A DNA stretch of 63,203 nt, filler included, from Octopus bimaculoides (taxonomy: Eukaryota): assembly GCF_001194135.2 (NCBI RefSeq). It is 6 parts of 5 records of this genome, joined end to end, with 100 filler letters (N's around TTAATTAATTAA, not from the genome) between each part and the next. Parts side by side here need not be neighbours in the genome. Positions count along the whole stretch, not along the records: positions 1 to 29,041 come from NC_068986.1; 5 more parts are not named here. One strand, 5' to 3'. Shown piece by piece: positions 13,430 to 25,600 of the stretch. Position 1 is the stretch's first letter. Each line of letters opens with the position of its first letter. A program made the position numbers and the translations under genes. Under the pieces are notes generated by a model, which was not told the DNA's origin, did no database searches, and saw nothing but the letters and a program-made list of their open reading frames with translations.

Positions 13430-13800
13430 TTGTCCGTTGATGCGACGAAGACCATCTAGTCATCCTGGGGTGGGGGTGGGCTTGTTTTGTGAGTCCGCAG
13501 ATGGCTAGTGAGGCCAATCTGGGCCTGAAAGAGTCTTTGACAGTGTGGACAGGGAATGGTAGTGCCTGCTACAGAGTGGTTAGCTCTGTTCTTCCTGGCC
13601 TGTCTGCGGTCTTCTGCAACAGCGATCCTATTGGTCTCTCATGTGTTGGCACCCTTGTGGACAGCTGATCGCCACCTTTCTCTGTCTAGAGCAGACTGCT
13701 CCTAAGTGTCACGGTCGATGTTGAAGGCTTTCAGTGAGGATTTCCAGTGTGTCCTGAAAGTGCTTCTTCTGGCCGCCTTGTGAGCGCTTTCTCTTTTGCA
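13430..13800 (-). mobile_element. RTE-clade LINE, 3' end
   Basis: - strand reads GKRSQGGQKKHFQDTL, matching the GKRSxGGQKKRFKDTLK C-terminal motif of RTE/BovB-like ORFs. Confidence 0.7.
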
Positions 13801-13996
13801 GTCCAATCATAGTTGTGTGGTTAAGAAGTTTGCTTCCCAGTCACATGGTTCGGGGATCAGTCTCATTGTGTGGTATTTTTGGCAACTGTCTTTTACTCAA
13901 GACTTGGATGGGCCAAAGCCTTGTGATTGAATTTGAAAGCAGAAGCTGAAAGAAGTGGATCATATACATTACACAAAGATATGCATGCACATGCAT

Positions 13997-14030
<34 letters not shown>

Positions 14031-14829
14031 TGTAAATATGTATATATATATGTGTGCCTCCTTGCTTCGACATTGTGCAATAATTGTAAATGAATGTCCC
14101 CATCATACAAGTGGTGCCATTTGTTTCTAATCTTTCATGAAAACATGTCCACTCATAGCGATATGTTATATCACTTGGGGAAAAGAAAAAAGTGTGGGTT
14201 GGTGACAGAAAGTGCATGAGGCCCTGGAATTCCATCTGAGCCATGCAAGCATAGAAAAGTGGATGATGAAGCAATGATAATGATGTTGGTGGTGGTTATG
14301 TTAACAAGCTAGTTATAGATATTGATGAAATGCAGCAGCTTTGGAAATGAATGCCTTATTAAACTCACTTGATTAAGAATATAGTTGGCTGTCAACTCAC
14401 ACCCTACATCATTCATATGTTTCAATGAATTCTTTGTTTATATGACTAATTATATTTTTTCCTGTTGGTTTGCAAAAGCCTGGACAACTGGCTTTCATAG
14501 CCTGAATAATTGGTTTTTATAATCAGTGAGATCTTGAACGCTGCTATTCCTCTTGGCTTGTTAGCTGCAATAATGCCATTGCATTTGATGATACTATTTT
14601 GACATAAGCTACCTACAGCAGATGAGTAACTTGGATCTTCCAAAAATAATTCTATCCAGTCATCCAGCTATTTTCTTCACCCATCATTGAAGGCCCATAT
14701 GGTAGAGTTCTCATGCCTCTCATCAGTAGGGTTCTATCAGAAGTAACTGTCAACACACATTCTGGCTGAATTTCCAAGCCTGACCAACCTTGACTATGGA
14801 TATTATTCAGCCATCTCATTCTTGATCTA

Positions 14830-15162
14830 TCTGGGTGTTGACGAAGAATACCTGACCCGCCTGTTCAAGAAGACTTTCGGGCCGGGACCTATGGATAACT
14901 TCCAGAGATCCCTTGCCTGGAAGTGCTACCGAGGAGCGCTACCTGTTCGGGATAAGCTCTACCGACACAGTTCGAGAAACACGGGGCCGAGATGCGGTCA
15001 GAGTGATGAGACTGTTCTGCATGCACTCGTGCAGTGTCCAACCATTTCCGACCTGTGGGCTTATGTCGAACAACTGCTGTCACGTGTGGGATGAGTCGGT
15101 TTATCAACCGAGTCTATCGTCAATATCGTCACGCCTCCTTCCTTTAAACGGGAAGGAAGAGC
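14830..15162 (+). mobile_element. L1/Tx1-clade LINE fragment, C-terminal zinc-finger (zf-RVT-like) region, running into a gap
   Basis: LAWKCYRGALPVRDKL...PRCGQSDETVLHALVQCP...LW fits the CCHC-type motif at the end of L1-like ORF2; the first Cys is missing. Confidence 0.8.
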
Positions 15163-16139
15163 NNNNNNNNNNNNNNNNNNNNNNNNNNNNNNNNNNNNNN
15201 NNNNNNNNNNNNNNNNNNNNNNNNNNNNNNNNNNNNNNNNNNNNNNNNNNNNNNNNNNNNNNNNNNNNNNNNNNNNNNNNNNNNNNNNNNNNNNNNNNNN
15301 NNNNNNNNNNNNNNNNNNNNNNNNNNNNNNNNNNNNNNNNNNNNNNNNNNNNNNNNNNNNNNNNNNNNNNNNNNNNNNNNNNNNNNNNNNNNNNNNNNNN
15401 NNNNNNNNNNNNNNNNNNNNNNNNNNNNNNNNNNNNNNNNNNNNNNNNNNNNNNNNNNNNNNNNNNNNNNNNNNNNNNNNNNNNNNNNNNNNNNNNNNNN
15501 NNNNNNNNNNNNNNNNNNNNNNNNNNNNNNNNNNNNNNNNNNNNNNNNNNNNNNNNNNNNNNNNNNNNNNNNNNNNNNNNNNNNNNNNNNNNNNNNNNNN
15601 NNNNNNNNNNNNNNNNNNNNNNNNNNNNNNNNNNNNNNNNNNNNNNNNNNNNNNNNNNNNNNNNNNNNNNNNNNNNNNNNNNNNNNNNNNNNNNNNNNNN
15701 NNNNNNNNNNNNNNNNNNNNNNNNNNNNNNNNNNNNNNNNNNNNNNNNNNNNNNNNNNNNNNNNNNNNNNNNNNNNNNNNNNNNNNNNNNNNNNNNNNNN
15801 NNNNNNNNNNNNNNNNNNNNNNNNNNNNNNNNNNNNNNNNNNNNNNNNNNNNNNNNNNNNNNNNNNNNNNNNNNNNNNNNNNNNNNNNNNNNNNNNNNNN
15901 NNNNNNNNNNNNNNNNNNNNNNNNNNNNNNNNNNNNNNNNNNNNNNNNNNNNNNNNNNNNNNNNNNNNNNNNNNNNNNNNNNNNNNNNNNNNNNNNNNNN
16001 NNNNNNNNNNNNNNNNNNNNNNNNNNNNNNNNNNNNNNNNNNNNNNNNNNNNNNNNNNNTATATTATATTATATTATACTATGCTATACTATACTATATT
16101 ATATTATATTATATTATATTATATTATATTATATCATCA

Positions 16140-16800
16140 TCATCATTGTTTAACGTCCGCTTTCCATGTTAGCATGGGTTGGACAATTTGACTGAGGACT
16201 GATGAAACCAGATGGCTACACCAGGCGCCAATCTGATTTGGCAGAGTTTCTACAGCTGGATGCCCTTCCTAGCGCCAACCACTCAGAGAGTGTAGTGGGT
16301 GCTTTTACATGCCACCGGCACGAAGGCCAGTCAAGCAGTACTGGCAGCGGCCACGCTCAAAATGGTGTATTTTATGTGCCACCCGCACAAGAACCAGTCT
16401 AGGGGTACTGGCAACGATCTCGCTCGAAAATCCTATATATATATAGTGAAGCACGTGGCTCAGTGGTTAGAGCATTGAGCTTACAGTTGTGAGGTTGTGT
16501 GTTTGATTCCCGGACCAGGCTGTATGTTGTGTTCTTGAGCAAGGCACTTTATTTCATGTTGCTCCAGTTCACTCAACTGTAGAAATGAGTTGCGACATCA
16601 TTGATGCCAAGCTGTATTGAGCTTTGCTTTTCCTGTGGATAACATTGGTGACGTAGTGAGGGGAGGCTGGTATGCATGGGTAACTGCTAGTCTTCTGTGG
16701 AAACAACCCTAGGTTGTGTGTTTGCTGGTGAGATGACTTTCTGCTCAGACTTATACCCCAGAGGCGAACCTCTTAGGTGCATCCTTGGTCATTCATGACA
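16140..16800. mobile_element. Two adjacent SINE-type repeats (about 16140-16440 on -, about 16445-16800 on +)
   Basis: The first shares the CATCATTGTTTAA(C/T)GTCCGCTTTCCATG tail with 8177-8280 and resembles 12575-12870. The second has a tRNA-like head (GCACGTGGCTCAGTGGTTAGAGC...TTTGATTCCCGG). Confidence 0.7.
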
Positions 16801-16814
16801 GTTGGAGTCAAGTT

Positions 16815-16891
<77 letters not shown>

Positions 16892-16962
16892 GTAAGCAGA
16901 GGTAAGACAGATGGTGTAGAAAACAAACAGATGTATTAGTCAAACGCTCGGGAAGTTAAAAA

Positions 16963-17001
16963 GTCTTTAACGTTTTGAGCCTAGGCTCTTCCACAGAAAG
17001 G
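16963..17001 (-). ncRNA. Variant or decayed minimal hammerhead-like motif
   Basis: - strand: CCTTT-CTGTGGA-A-GAGC(CTAG)GCTC-AAA-ACGT-T-AAAGAC. Stem I is 4 bp, stem II is 4 bp and stem III is the palindrome ACGT. The core is non-canonical at A6 and G12. Confidence 0.35.
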
Positions 17002-17394
17002 AACACAGAAAGAAACAAGGTGAGAAACAAGGAGAGAAAAAAAGAATGTGTAGTGGCTAGTGATCTATCATGGCGAACTAATCATGTTGATATGTGTGTG
17101 TGTTTGTGATCCTTTTCTTGAAAAATTTTTAAGGGTTAGTGACAGGAAAGGCTTCTTGCAGTAAAACAATGCCTTGACATTATATATTCATCCAAGTCCT
17201 GATTAACATGGAACAAAACAAATACAGATATAAAAACAAATGAATTGGGCTGCTTTTGTTTGTCATTTAAAATAGCAAAGAGGAATAAAAAAAAGTCTCT
17301 TAGCTACCCTCTTTTTTTTTGTGAAGGGATGGGCAATTTTTTGTAATTGATATGAAATGAACTATTAGGACCAACACACACAGCCATAGAAGCA

Positions 17395-17625
17395 GAAAGA
17401 GAGAAACAGAGACTTAGAGAGAGAGGGAGAGAGAGAGAGAAAGAGAAAGTGGGAGAGAGAGAGAGAAAGAGAAAGTGGGAGAGAGAGGAAGAGAAAGAGA
17501 AAGTGAGAGAGAGAGAGAAAGAGAAAGTGGGAGAGAGAGAGAGAGAAAGAGAAAGTGGGAGAGAGAGAGAGAAAGAGAAAGTGGGAGAGAGAGAGAGAGA
17601 GAAAGAGAAAGTGGGAGAGAGAAAC
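17395..17625. repeat. GA-rich compound repeat with recurring GAGAAAGAGAAAGTGGGA units
   Basis: Read directly from the sequence. Confidence 0.9.
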
Positions 17626-17866
17626 AAATAGTGAAAATGTCAGTGATCATGTGATCTAATCAAATTTGATACCGTTGTTATTGTTGTTAAATAATATTCT
17701 ATATCCCAGAAGTCGTTGAGTCCATTGACAATTTTAATGTAATTAGCATCTGAATTTGTCATCCCACCCGCTTATAATAACACACCACCTCCTCTACCTA
17801 TGCCACTACACACACACATACCATTATTCTGTCCTGCTGGGAGACTGGTTGCTTGATTTGGTATTA

Positions 17867-17915
<49 letters not shown>

Positions 17916-18049
17916 GGCAGTGAGCTGGCAGAATCATTAGCATGCCAGGCAAAATGCCCAGCAGCATTTCGTCAAACTTCACCAAGGTCAGCTTTGCATT
18001 TCAATTTCAATTGTAAGGACTTTGCTTGGAATGGACTTTGCTTGATAAT

Positions 18050-18512
18050 AATAGTTTATTTCATGTCATAACAAATGTAAAATCTGTGCTTTTGTATGGC
18101 TCTGAAACATGGAGAGCCACCTGTAGCAACTACAAGAAGATCCTGACCTTCATCAACAAATGTCTCCGGCAGATCCTCCATCTGAAGTGGTTCGATAGAG
18201 TGCCAAACACTGACTTGTAGGAAAGGGCCAACCAAGAGCCCATACATGTTCAGATTAGATGAAGGAAATGGAGGTGGATCGGACACACACTGTGGAAAGA
18301 ACCCTCAAATGTGACACGACAAGCACTTGACTGGAACCTGCAGGGGAAAAGGAAGCGATGACACCCAAAGCAGACATGATAGTGGAGCATTTTGGATGAG
18401 CTCAGGACCACCGACCTGACATGGGAAGCAGCCAAGAAATACACCAATGACTGCAAAAAGTGGAAAATAACTGTCGAGGGCCCTATGCTTCACAAGGGGC
18501 AAGAAGGATTAA
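18050..18512 (+). mobile_element. 5'-truncated RTE-clade LINE, 3' end
   Basis: NVKSVLLYGSETW...FINKCLRQIL...KWRWIGHTL...[12 protein letters not shown] matches RTE C-terminal motifs; contains in-frame stops. Confidence 0.85.
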
Positions 18513-18619
18513 GAAGAAAATAAGTACCAGTTGAGCATTGGGGTCAATGAAACTGACTAGCCTCCTCCCCTAAAATTTCAGGTCTTATGCCTTTAGTAGA
18601 AAGGATTATTATTGTTATT

Positions 18620-18949
18620 ATTATTATTATCATTACCATTATTGTTCAGTAGTTTTATTTTTACAATGTGCTTTCACTTCACTACCGAGCGCAGCTCTGT
18701 GTGCCTTGGGTATGTGCTGTGGTTTGCTGTGATGCTCTTATGGCTACTGTATTGAAAGTGTTTTGCGTAGGATGTGTGCTGTGCCCAGTAGTGCAATTTT
18801 CTGTATGTTATATATATTTGTAAGTCCTGGTGCTTTTGTTATGTATTTGTCTGAATATTTTTTTATTATACCTAAGGCACCTACTATGATAGGAATTGTT
18901 TCTGTTTTTAGATTCCACATTTGAGTTACCTCTATTTCCAGGTCTTTGT
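18620..18949 (-). mobile_element. R4/Dong-clade LINE, 3' end (RLE-type C-terminus) with (TAA)n tail
   Basis: - strand KDLEIEVTQMWNLKTETIPIIVGALGIIKKYSDKYITKAPGLTNIYNIQKIALLGTAHILRKTLSIQ*. Confidence 0.8.
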
Positions 18950-18971
18950 NNNNNNNNNNTTATTATTATTA

Positions 18972-19017
<46 letters not shown>

Positions 19018-19349
19018 CATCATTATTATTACTATGTTATGATGGCGCATGGCGTAGTGGTTAGGGAGTTGAACTCAAGATTGCGAGATTGTGGTTTCAC
19101 TTCCTAGACCAGGTGGTGCATTGTGTTCTTGAGCAAAACACTTCATCTCACATTGCTCTGTGATCACTTTGTCACCTGATGCATGGTACACAGTGCTCCT
19201 GTTCGGACAGCATCAATTTGATGGAGAGACTGAGCTAATGTGCGGCATGAACATTTGATCCCTATAAACGAATCATTTGTGCAGGTCGTTCGGCAAAAGC
19301 TGACCACTCATACGTCATTTTCATTGAAAGGTCCATCATAATTATTATT

Positions 19350-19587
19350 ATTATAATTATTATTATTATTATTGTTCAGTAGTTTTATTTTTATAACGTG
19401 CTTTCACTTCACTCCCGAGCGCAGCTCTGTGCGTCTTGGGTATGTGCTGTGGTTTGCTGTGGTGCTCTTATGGTTACTGTATTGAAAGTGTTTTGCGTAG
19501 GATGTGTGCTGTGCCCAGTAGTGCAATTTTCTGTATGTTATATATATTTGTAAGTCCTGGTGTTTTTGTTATGTATTTGTCTGAATA

Positions 19588-19600
<13 letters not shown>
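19350..19600 (-). mobile_element. Second, shorter R4/Dong 3' copy embedded in (TAA)n
   Basis: Near-identical to about 18640-18865; (ATT)n tracts on both sides. Confidence 0.8.
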
Positions 19601-19680
<80 letters not shown>

Positions 19681-22217
19681 TTATTAGAGCAATAGATTAG
19701 TAGAATTGTTAGAGCATTGCAGAAAGTACCTTGTGGTATTTGTTCTGACCCTTCACATTTTCAGTTCAAATCTTGTCAAGGTCAACTTTGTATTTTATCT
19801 TTAAAATAAAATACCAGTGAAATAATAGGATAAATTTAATTGACTTTCTCCCTCTCCAAATTGTTGCTTTTTTTTTGCATATCACTTTCATGTCCATGTA
19901 CATATAGTGCAATTTTCTAATAATGTCACAGGCTTATTACTAAGAGAGGAAAGAAATCTGTTTTTAAAATTGCTTTCTCTGTTTGGGTAGCTGATTTCTC
20001 TATAGGAATGTAAGTTCCTAGCTTGCTATGCATAACCATGGGTGACTGTCACTGAAAAGTAGAAATTAAGTCAAAACATTGGTGTCTTATGGTCTGCTGA
20101 CGTCAGTCAGAGCATGCTGAGATTTTTAACGTAGAGAGCCTCCAATAAAAAGTTTTATTGAGACAAAATCCTGTCATTATGTTGTTACACATTTGTGTAA
20201 ATGTTATAAATGAAATGCACATAATCATCATTATTGTTTAAACTTGTTTACATCCAACTTAAGATGGTGAGAAGAAATAGAATCTGGACTACACCTACTC
20301 AAAGAAAAGCTTAAACAAACAATGCCTCACATAAAACAAACAGAAAGAAATTAAAATGGAAAGAAAAAATGCAACTGGGTACAGATGCTTTGAAAGAAGG
20401 AGATAGCTGTTTCTCTGTACATTTTAATAGTTTTGAGAATGGCATAAGGACTTTTTTTGGCAATAACAATAACAGCAATACACACACACACACACACACA
20501 CACACATGCACATGCACACACACATGCATGCACATGCACACACATACACTCACACATGCACACACACACACACACACACTCACGCACACACACACACTCA
20601 CACATGCACGCACGCACACACACACTCAATACACACAGACACACACACNNNNNNNNNNNNNNNNNNNNNNNNNNNNNNNNNNNNNNNNNNNNNNNNNNNN
20701 NNNNNNNNNNNNNNNNNNNNNNNNNNNNNNNNNNNNNNNNNNNNNNNNNNNNNNNNNNNNNNNNNNNNNNNNNNNNNNNNNNNNNNNNNNNNNNNNNNNN
20801 NNNNNNNNNNNNNNNNNNNNNNNNNNNNNNNNNNNNNNNNNNNNNNNNNNNNNNNNNNNNNNNNNNNNNNNNNNNNNNNNNNNNNNNNNNNNNNNNNNNN
20901 NNNNNNNNNNNNNNNNNNNNNNNNNNNNNNNNNNNNNNNNNNNNNNNNNNNNNNNNNNNNNNNNNNNNNNNNNNNNNNNNNNNNNNNNNNNNNNNNNNNN
21001 NNNNNNNNNNNNNNNNNNNNNNNNNNNNNNNNNNNNNNNNNNNNNNNNNNNNNNNNNNNNNNNNNNNNNNNNNNNNNNNNNNNNNNNNNNNNNNNNNNNN
21101 NNNNNNNNNNNNNNNNNNNNNNNNNNNNNNNNNNNNNNNNNNNNNNNNNNNNNNNNNNNNNNNNNNNNNNNNNNNNNNNNNNNNNNNNNNNNNNNNNNNN
21201 NNNNNNNNNNNNNNNNNNNNNNNNNNNNNNNNNNNNNNNNNNNNNNNNNNNNNNNNNNNNNNNNNNNNNNNNNNNNNNNNNNNNNNNNNNNNNNNNNNNN
21301 NNNNNNNNNNNNNNNNNNNNNNNNNNNNNNNNNNNNNNNNNNNNNNNNNNNNNNNNNNNNNNNNNNNNNNNNNNNNNNNNNNNNNNNNNNNNNNNNNNNN
21401 NNNNNNNNNNNNNNNNNNNNNNNNNNNNNNNNNNNNNNNNNNNNNNNNNNNNNNNNNNNNNNNNNNNNNNNNNNNNNNNNNNNNNNNNNNNNNNNNNNNN
21501 NNNNNNNNNNNNNNNNNNNNNNNNNNNNNNNNNNNNNNNNNNNNNNNNNNNNNNNNNNNNNNNNNNNNNNNNNNNNNNNNNNNNNNNNNNNNNNNNNNNN
21601 NNNNNNNNNNNNNTATATATATATAGGAAAGCAGCACTCTGTCGGTTACGGTGACAAGGGTCCCAGCTGATACGATCAATGGAACAGCTGGCTCATGAAA
21701 ATAACATGCAAGTGGCTGAGCACTTCACAAACACGTGTACCCTTAACGTAGTTCTCAGGGAATTTCAGTGTGACACAGAATGGAATGCCTTTAAGCAGAA
21801 GCTAAACATGTATAACAAAGACAATTTGCAAAGCAAAAGAGTAAATAGGAGAAAGAAGATCCAGAAAAGACTTTGGTCTCAATAGACTTCTAATTAGGAG
21901 GTATTTGTCAAGAATTGATTGTTTTGTTAATTAAGCTCTTAACTTATTATCCTATGCTTGAGAAGACCTGTTGAGTCAAGTAAAACCAAGATTGTAGCTG
22001 TGGCCGATGCTTCTTGACTGGCTCCTGTGCCTGTGGCATGTAAAAAGCACCATCTGAACGTGGCCGATGCCAATACCTCCTGATTGGCTCCTGTGCTGGT
22101 GGCACATGAAAAGCACTATCTGAATGTGAAATTCGAAAAAACATGTGTTTTTGTTTAGAGGTTAATTATTTCTAATTTATTACTTTTGCCTTTTCTGTTT
22201 TTTCCATGGCTATTTAG

Positions 22218-22364
22218 GCAGTTGTTTTATTAAACAAAATTCGCAATACGGGAACAAAAGATTTCAGCGATAATGAAGAAGAAAGTTTTTGTCTTCCGGT
22301 GACTCTGAAGGCTGAAATATCCCCACATTTGCCACCCCCTCCAGAAGGCCTCACACGTAAACAG
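22218..22364 (+). CDS. ARHGEF10: Internal coding exon (phase 0 to 0) of a probable ARHGEF10/10L-family RhoGEF, immediately before the DH domain: AVVLLNKIRNTGTKDFSDNEEESFCLPVTLKAEISPHLPPPPEGLTRKQ
   Basis: Acceptor tatttag after a pyrimidine tract, consensus donor CAG|gtaagt, 147 nt, single open frame. EEE...LxPxPEGLxxxQ resembles the PMPEGLSQQQ(VVRR) segment I recall from ARHGEF10. The DH exon itself is not in the window. Confidence 0.6.
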
Positions 22365-22466
22365 GTAAGTTCCATTTGCATTCCAGACTTGTTGCTGCAT
22401 GTCTATATACAGAGAATGGTTATAAATTGCCTTGTTGTGACTGCTGTTGATTTTGTGCTTCTCTAG

Positions 22467-22501
22467 TGTATCGAGGCTTTGTCAAGCCAATGTACGACAA
22501 A
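22467..22501 (+). CDS. Candidate 35-nt microexon, 102 nt after the 22218 exon
   Basis: Acceptor ttttgtgcttctctag, donor AAA|gtaagt; all three frames open; length not a multiple of 3. Confidence 0.35.
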
Positions 22502-22680
22502 GTAAGTTGTCAGTTGAATCACTACAGCTGATAGGGAACCTCTGTTTTATGGCTCTAGATCAGGGGTTGGCAAACTTCTTGCATTATTGACTCCTTCATG
22601 GGATCATTGATAAGTTATCAAACCCCATGCTGTAAATTTCTGAAATAAAATTTAAAATTTAATTAATAAAAATTTTCTTA

Positions 22681-23095
22681 TAGGCGTAGGAGTGGCTGTG
22701 TGGTAAGTAGCTTGCTTATCAACCACATGGTTCCGGGTTCAGTCCCACTGCGTGGCACCTTGGGCAAGTGTCTTCTACTATAGCCTCAGGCCGACCAAAG
22801 CCTTGTGAGTGGATTTGGTAGACAGAAACTGAAAGAAGCCTGTCGTATATATGTATATATATGTATGTGTGTGTATATGTTTGCGTGTCTGTGTTTGTCC
22901 CCCCCAACATCACTTGACAACCGATGCTGGTGTGTTTACGTCCCCATAACTTAGCGGTTCGGCAAAAGAGACCGATAGAATATGTACTAGGCTTCCAAAG
23001 AATAAGTCCTGGGGTCGATTTGCTCGACTAAAGGTGGTGCTCCATCATGGCCACAGTCAAATGACTGAAACAAGTAAAAGAGTAAAAGAAAAGAG
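22681..23095 (+). mobile_element. tRNA-derived SINE, family C, with an internal (TA/TG)n tract
   Basis: Head TAGGCGTAGGAGTGGCTGTGTGGTAAG...GGTTCAGTCCC; tail GAAACAAGTAAAAGAGTAAAAGA. An opposite-strand copy lies at 25215-25600. Confidence 0.85.
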
Positions 23096-24009
23096 AGTTA
23101 TATAAAACCACTAATTCCCTCTTTCTTTTGTATCATTACCCATTTTTTGCAAAGAAATATTTTAATGAAATTTAATGAAAATGCTTAACAAAATTATTAA
23201 AAGACACTAAAAATTCAATCATATTATATTGATATAGTTGGAATATCAATACCTTATCAACTGTCACTCTGTTGGCTATGGCAACAAGCACTCCAATTGA
23301 TCTGATCAACAGAACAGCTTCCTTGTGAAATTAACAGGCAAGTGGCTGAGTGCTCAATAGACATGCATACCTTTAACATAGCTCTCAGGGAGATTCAGTG
23401 TAACACAAAATGTGACAAGACTGGCCCTTTGAATTTACAGGTACAAGCCATTTTTGCCAGCTGAATAGAGTGGAGCACTCAGCCATGAATATCCTTCATC
23501 ATATAACCACTGTAACCCTTGCTTGCACGGAAAAGCAGAAATCAAAATGAACAAATTGCTTTAGTATATCTCTGGGCAACATGCCATATGGGCAAATGGT
23601 TTATTAGTTATGTGAAAAAGTGTGAAGGCATGTGGTTTAGTGGTTAGGGTATTCAGTTTACAATTGTTAGGTTGTGAGTTCAATTTCCAGCAGGGCATGG
23701 TGTTCTTGTCACTAACCCATCCTGTTTTTTTCAAGGAAGGAATTTTAATTCCAGAAGAATTCAAATGCATTTTAATAGTGGCTGCTTTGTTAACAGAAAA
23801 TATCGAGAGAGGTCTTTGGTGGTTGGCCCACTTATCAGTGATGTCACTGAGTGTAGCATAGCTCACCATAAGTTGTAAGCATTCACAGACACCACACACA
23901 CATACACACCCACCTACATGCATGCACATGCACATACACACACTCACACGAACATATACACAGACATAACAGAAGTAAATAGACACCCTTATAATCATTA
24001 AAATTTATT

Positions 24010-25130
24010 TAAATCTGAGATTATACATTCAATTTTTTTTTATTAATTGTTATAATGTGAATATCTAATATTTAGTATATATGCCCTTTGCATTTTTCAA
24101 TGCAAGATCCCTATTAGGCATGTTACTGATCAGATGAGGAATATTCTCTTGCAGAATTTCTTGCCAAGTTTCATGTAGTAATCTCAAAAGACCTGGCTTT
24201 GAAGATGCTTTCTTGTTCTTTTCATGAAGTGTCCCTTCCATTATGCCCCAGAGGTGTTCAATACGTTCAATATCTGGTGACTCGCTTGGCCATGAGAGCT
24301 TTTTAATGCCATTCTCATCCAACAAATCTTGGGTCATTTTAGCTGTGTGACAAGGAGCTCCATTTTCCATAAATAGATTGTCTTCTTTAATCATTTCACC
24401 ACTGGAGAAGATTGGAAGGAGTCCTTTCTGCAATATGGATGCATATTTATCTGAGTTTATGTTTCCCTCACACTCCACTAACTCTGACCATTGCAGAATA
24501 ACTGTTGTGTTTCGTTGTTGGCTACAATCTTTTTATATCAAATTCTTGATCGCAGAATCTCCAGACTCACACTCGACCACTGTCAGGAAATACGGCAAAT
24601 ATGGACTCATTAGAAAATATGACAGTGTCCAAAAATGTTAGTAACCTCACCACCATCTCATTGGCCCAATCTTTTCTCTGCTTGATGTTGGCTGGACGTA
24701 GAAGTGGTTTCCTTCTTGCTGCTCTGCCATAGTCACCAAGTTTGTGGAGACTTCTGACAGCTGTTCTGGAACTGACATCAACTTGTTCTGCTATATCAGA
24801 GGCCTTGCAATGAGGATTATCCTCCACACTTCTCTTAACAAAGAGAAGGGTCCTGTCAGAGGGCCCTGGTTGATCTGGGCAAGGTGATGTAGACTCCTTC
24901 CCCTCTCTGGCGAATTGCACAATCACTCTATTAACTGTAGAAAATGGGATCCCAAGGTTTTCTTCAATTTTATGCTATGTCCACCTTCAGAATGACCCAA
25001 AGTATGGTCTCTTTGAAATTCAAACAGTTCCAAGACTTCTTTTGTACATGGCATGATTAAACAGTCACATGTAGGAGATGAAAATGTCAATTAACAAAAA
25101 ATATAAACCTTTACAAGCTAGAATAAACAT
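24010..25130 (-). mobile_element. Tc1-family transposon relic (DD34E transposase pseudogene)
   Basis: [10 protein letters not shown]...IFSNESIF and FMENGAPCHTAK...WPSESPDIERIEHLW correspond to WSDESKF, FQQDGAPCH and WPSQSPDLNPIE. Both catalytic Asp read as Asn; frameshifted. Confidence 0.9.
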
Positions 25131-25214
25131 AAAACGATGCTTTATGGGATGTCTATTTACTTCTGTCATGTCTGTGTACATGCAAGTAGATACATATTAC
25201 TGTTTTACTCTTTA

Positions 25215-25400
25215 ATTTGTTTCAGTCATTTGACTGCAGCCATGCTGGAGCACCACCTTTGGTCGAACAAATCGACCCTGGGACTTATTCTTTGCAAGCC
25301 TAGTACTTATTCTATCGGTCTCTTTTGCCAAACCGCTAAGTTACAGGGACACAAACACACCAACATTTGTTCCCAAGCGATGGAGTGGGGACAAACACAG

Positions 25401-25435
<35 letters not shown>

Positions 25436-25600
25436 CCATGGGCTTCTTTCAGTTTCCATCTACCAAATCCACTCACAAGGCTTTGGTTGGCTATAGAAGG
25501 CCATAGAAGAAGACATTTTCCCAAGGTGCCACGCAGTGGGACTGAACGAGAAACCATGTGGTTGGTAAGCAAGCTACTTACCACACAGCCACTCTTGCGC
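25215..25600 (-). mobile_element. SINE family C
   Basis: Reverse complement of the 22681-23095 family. Confidence 0.85.
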
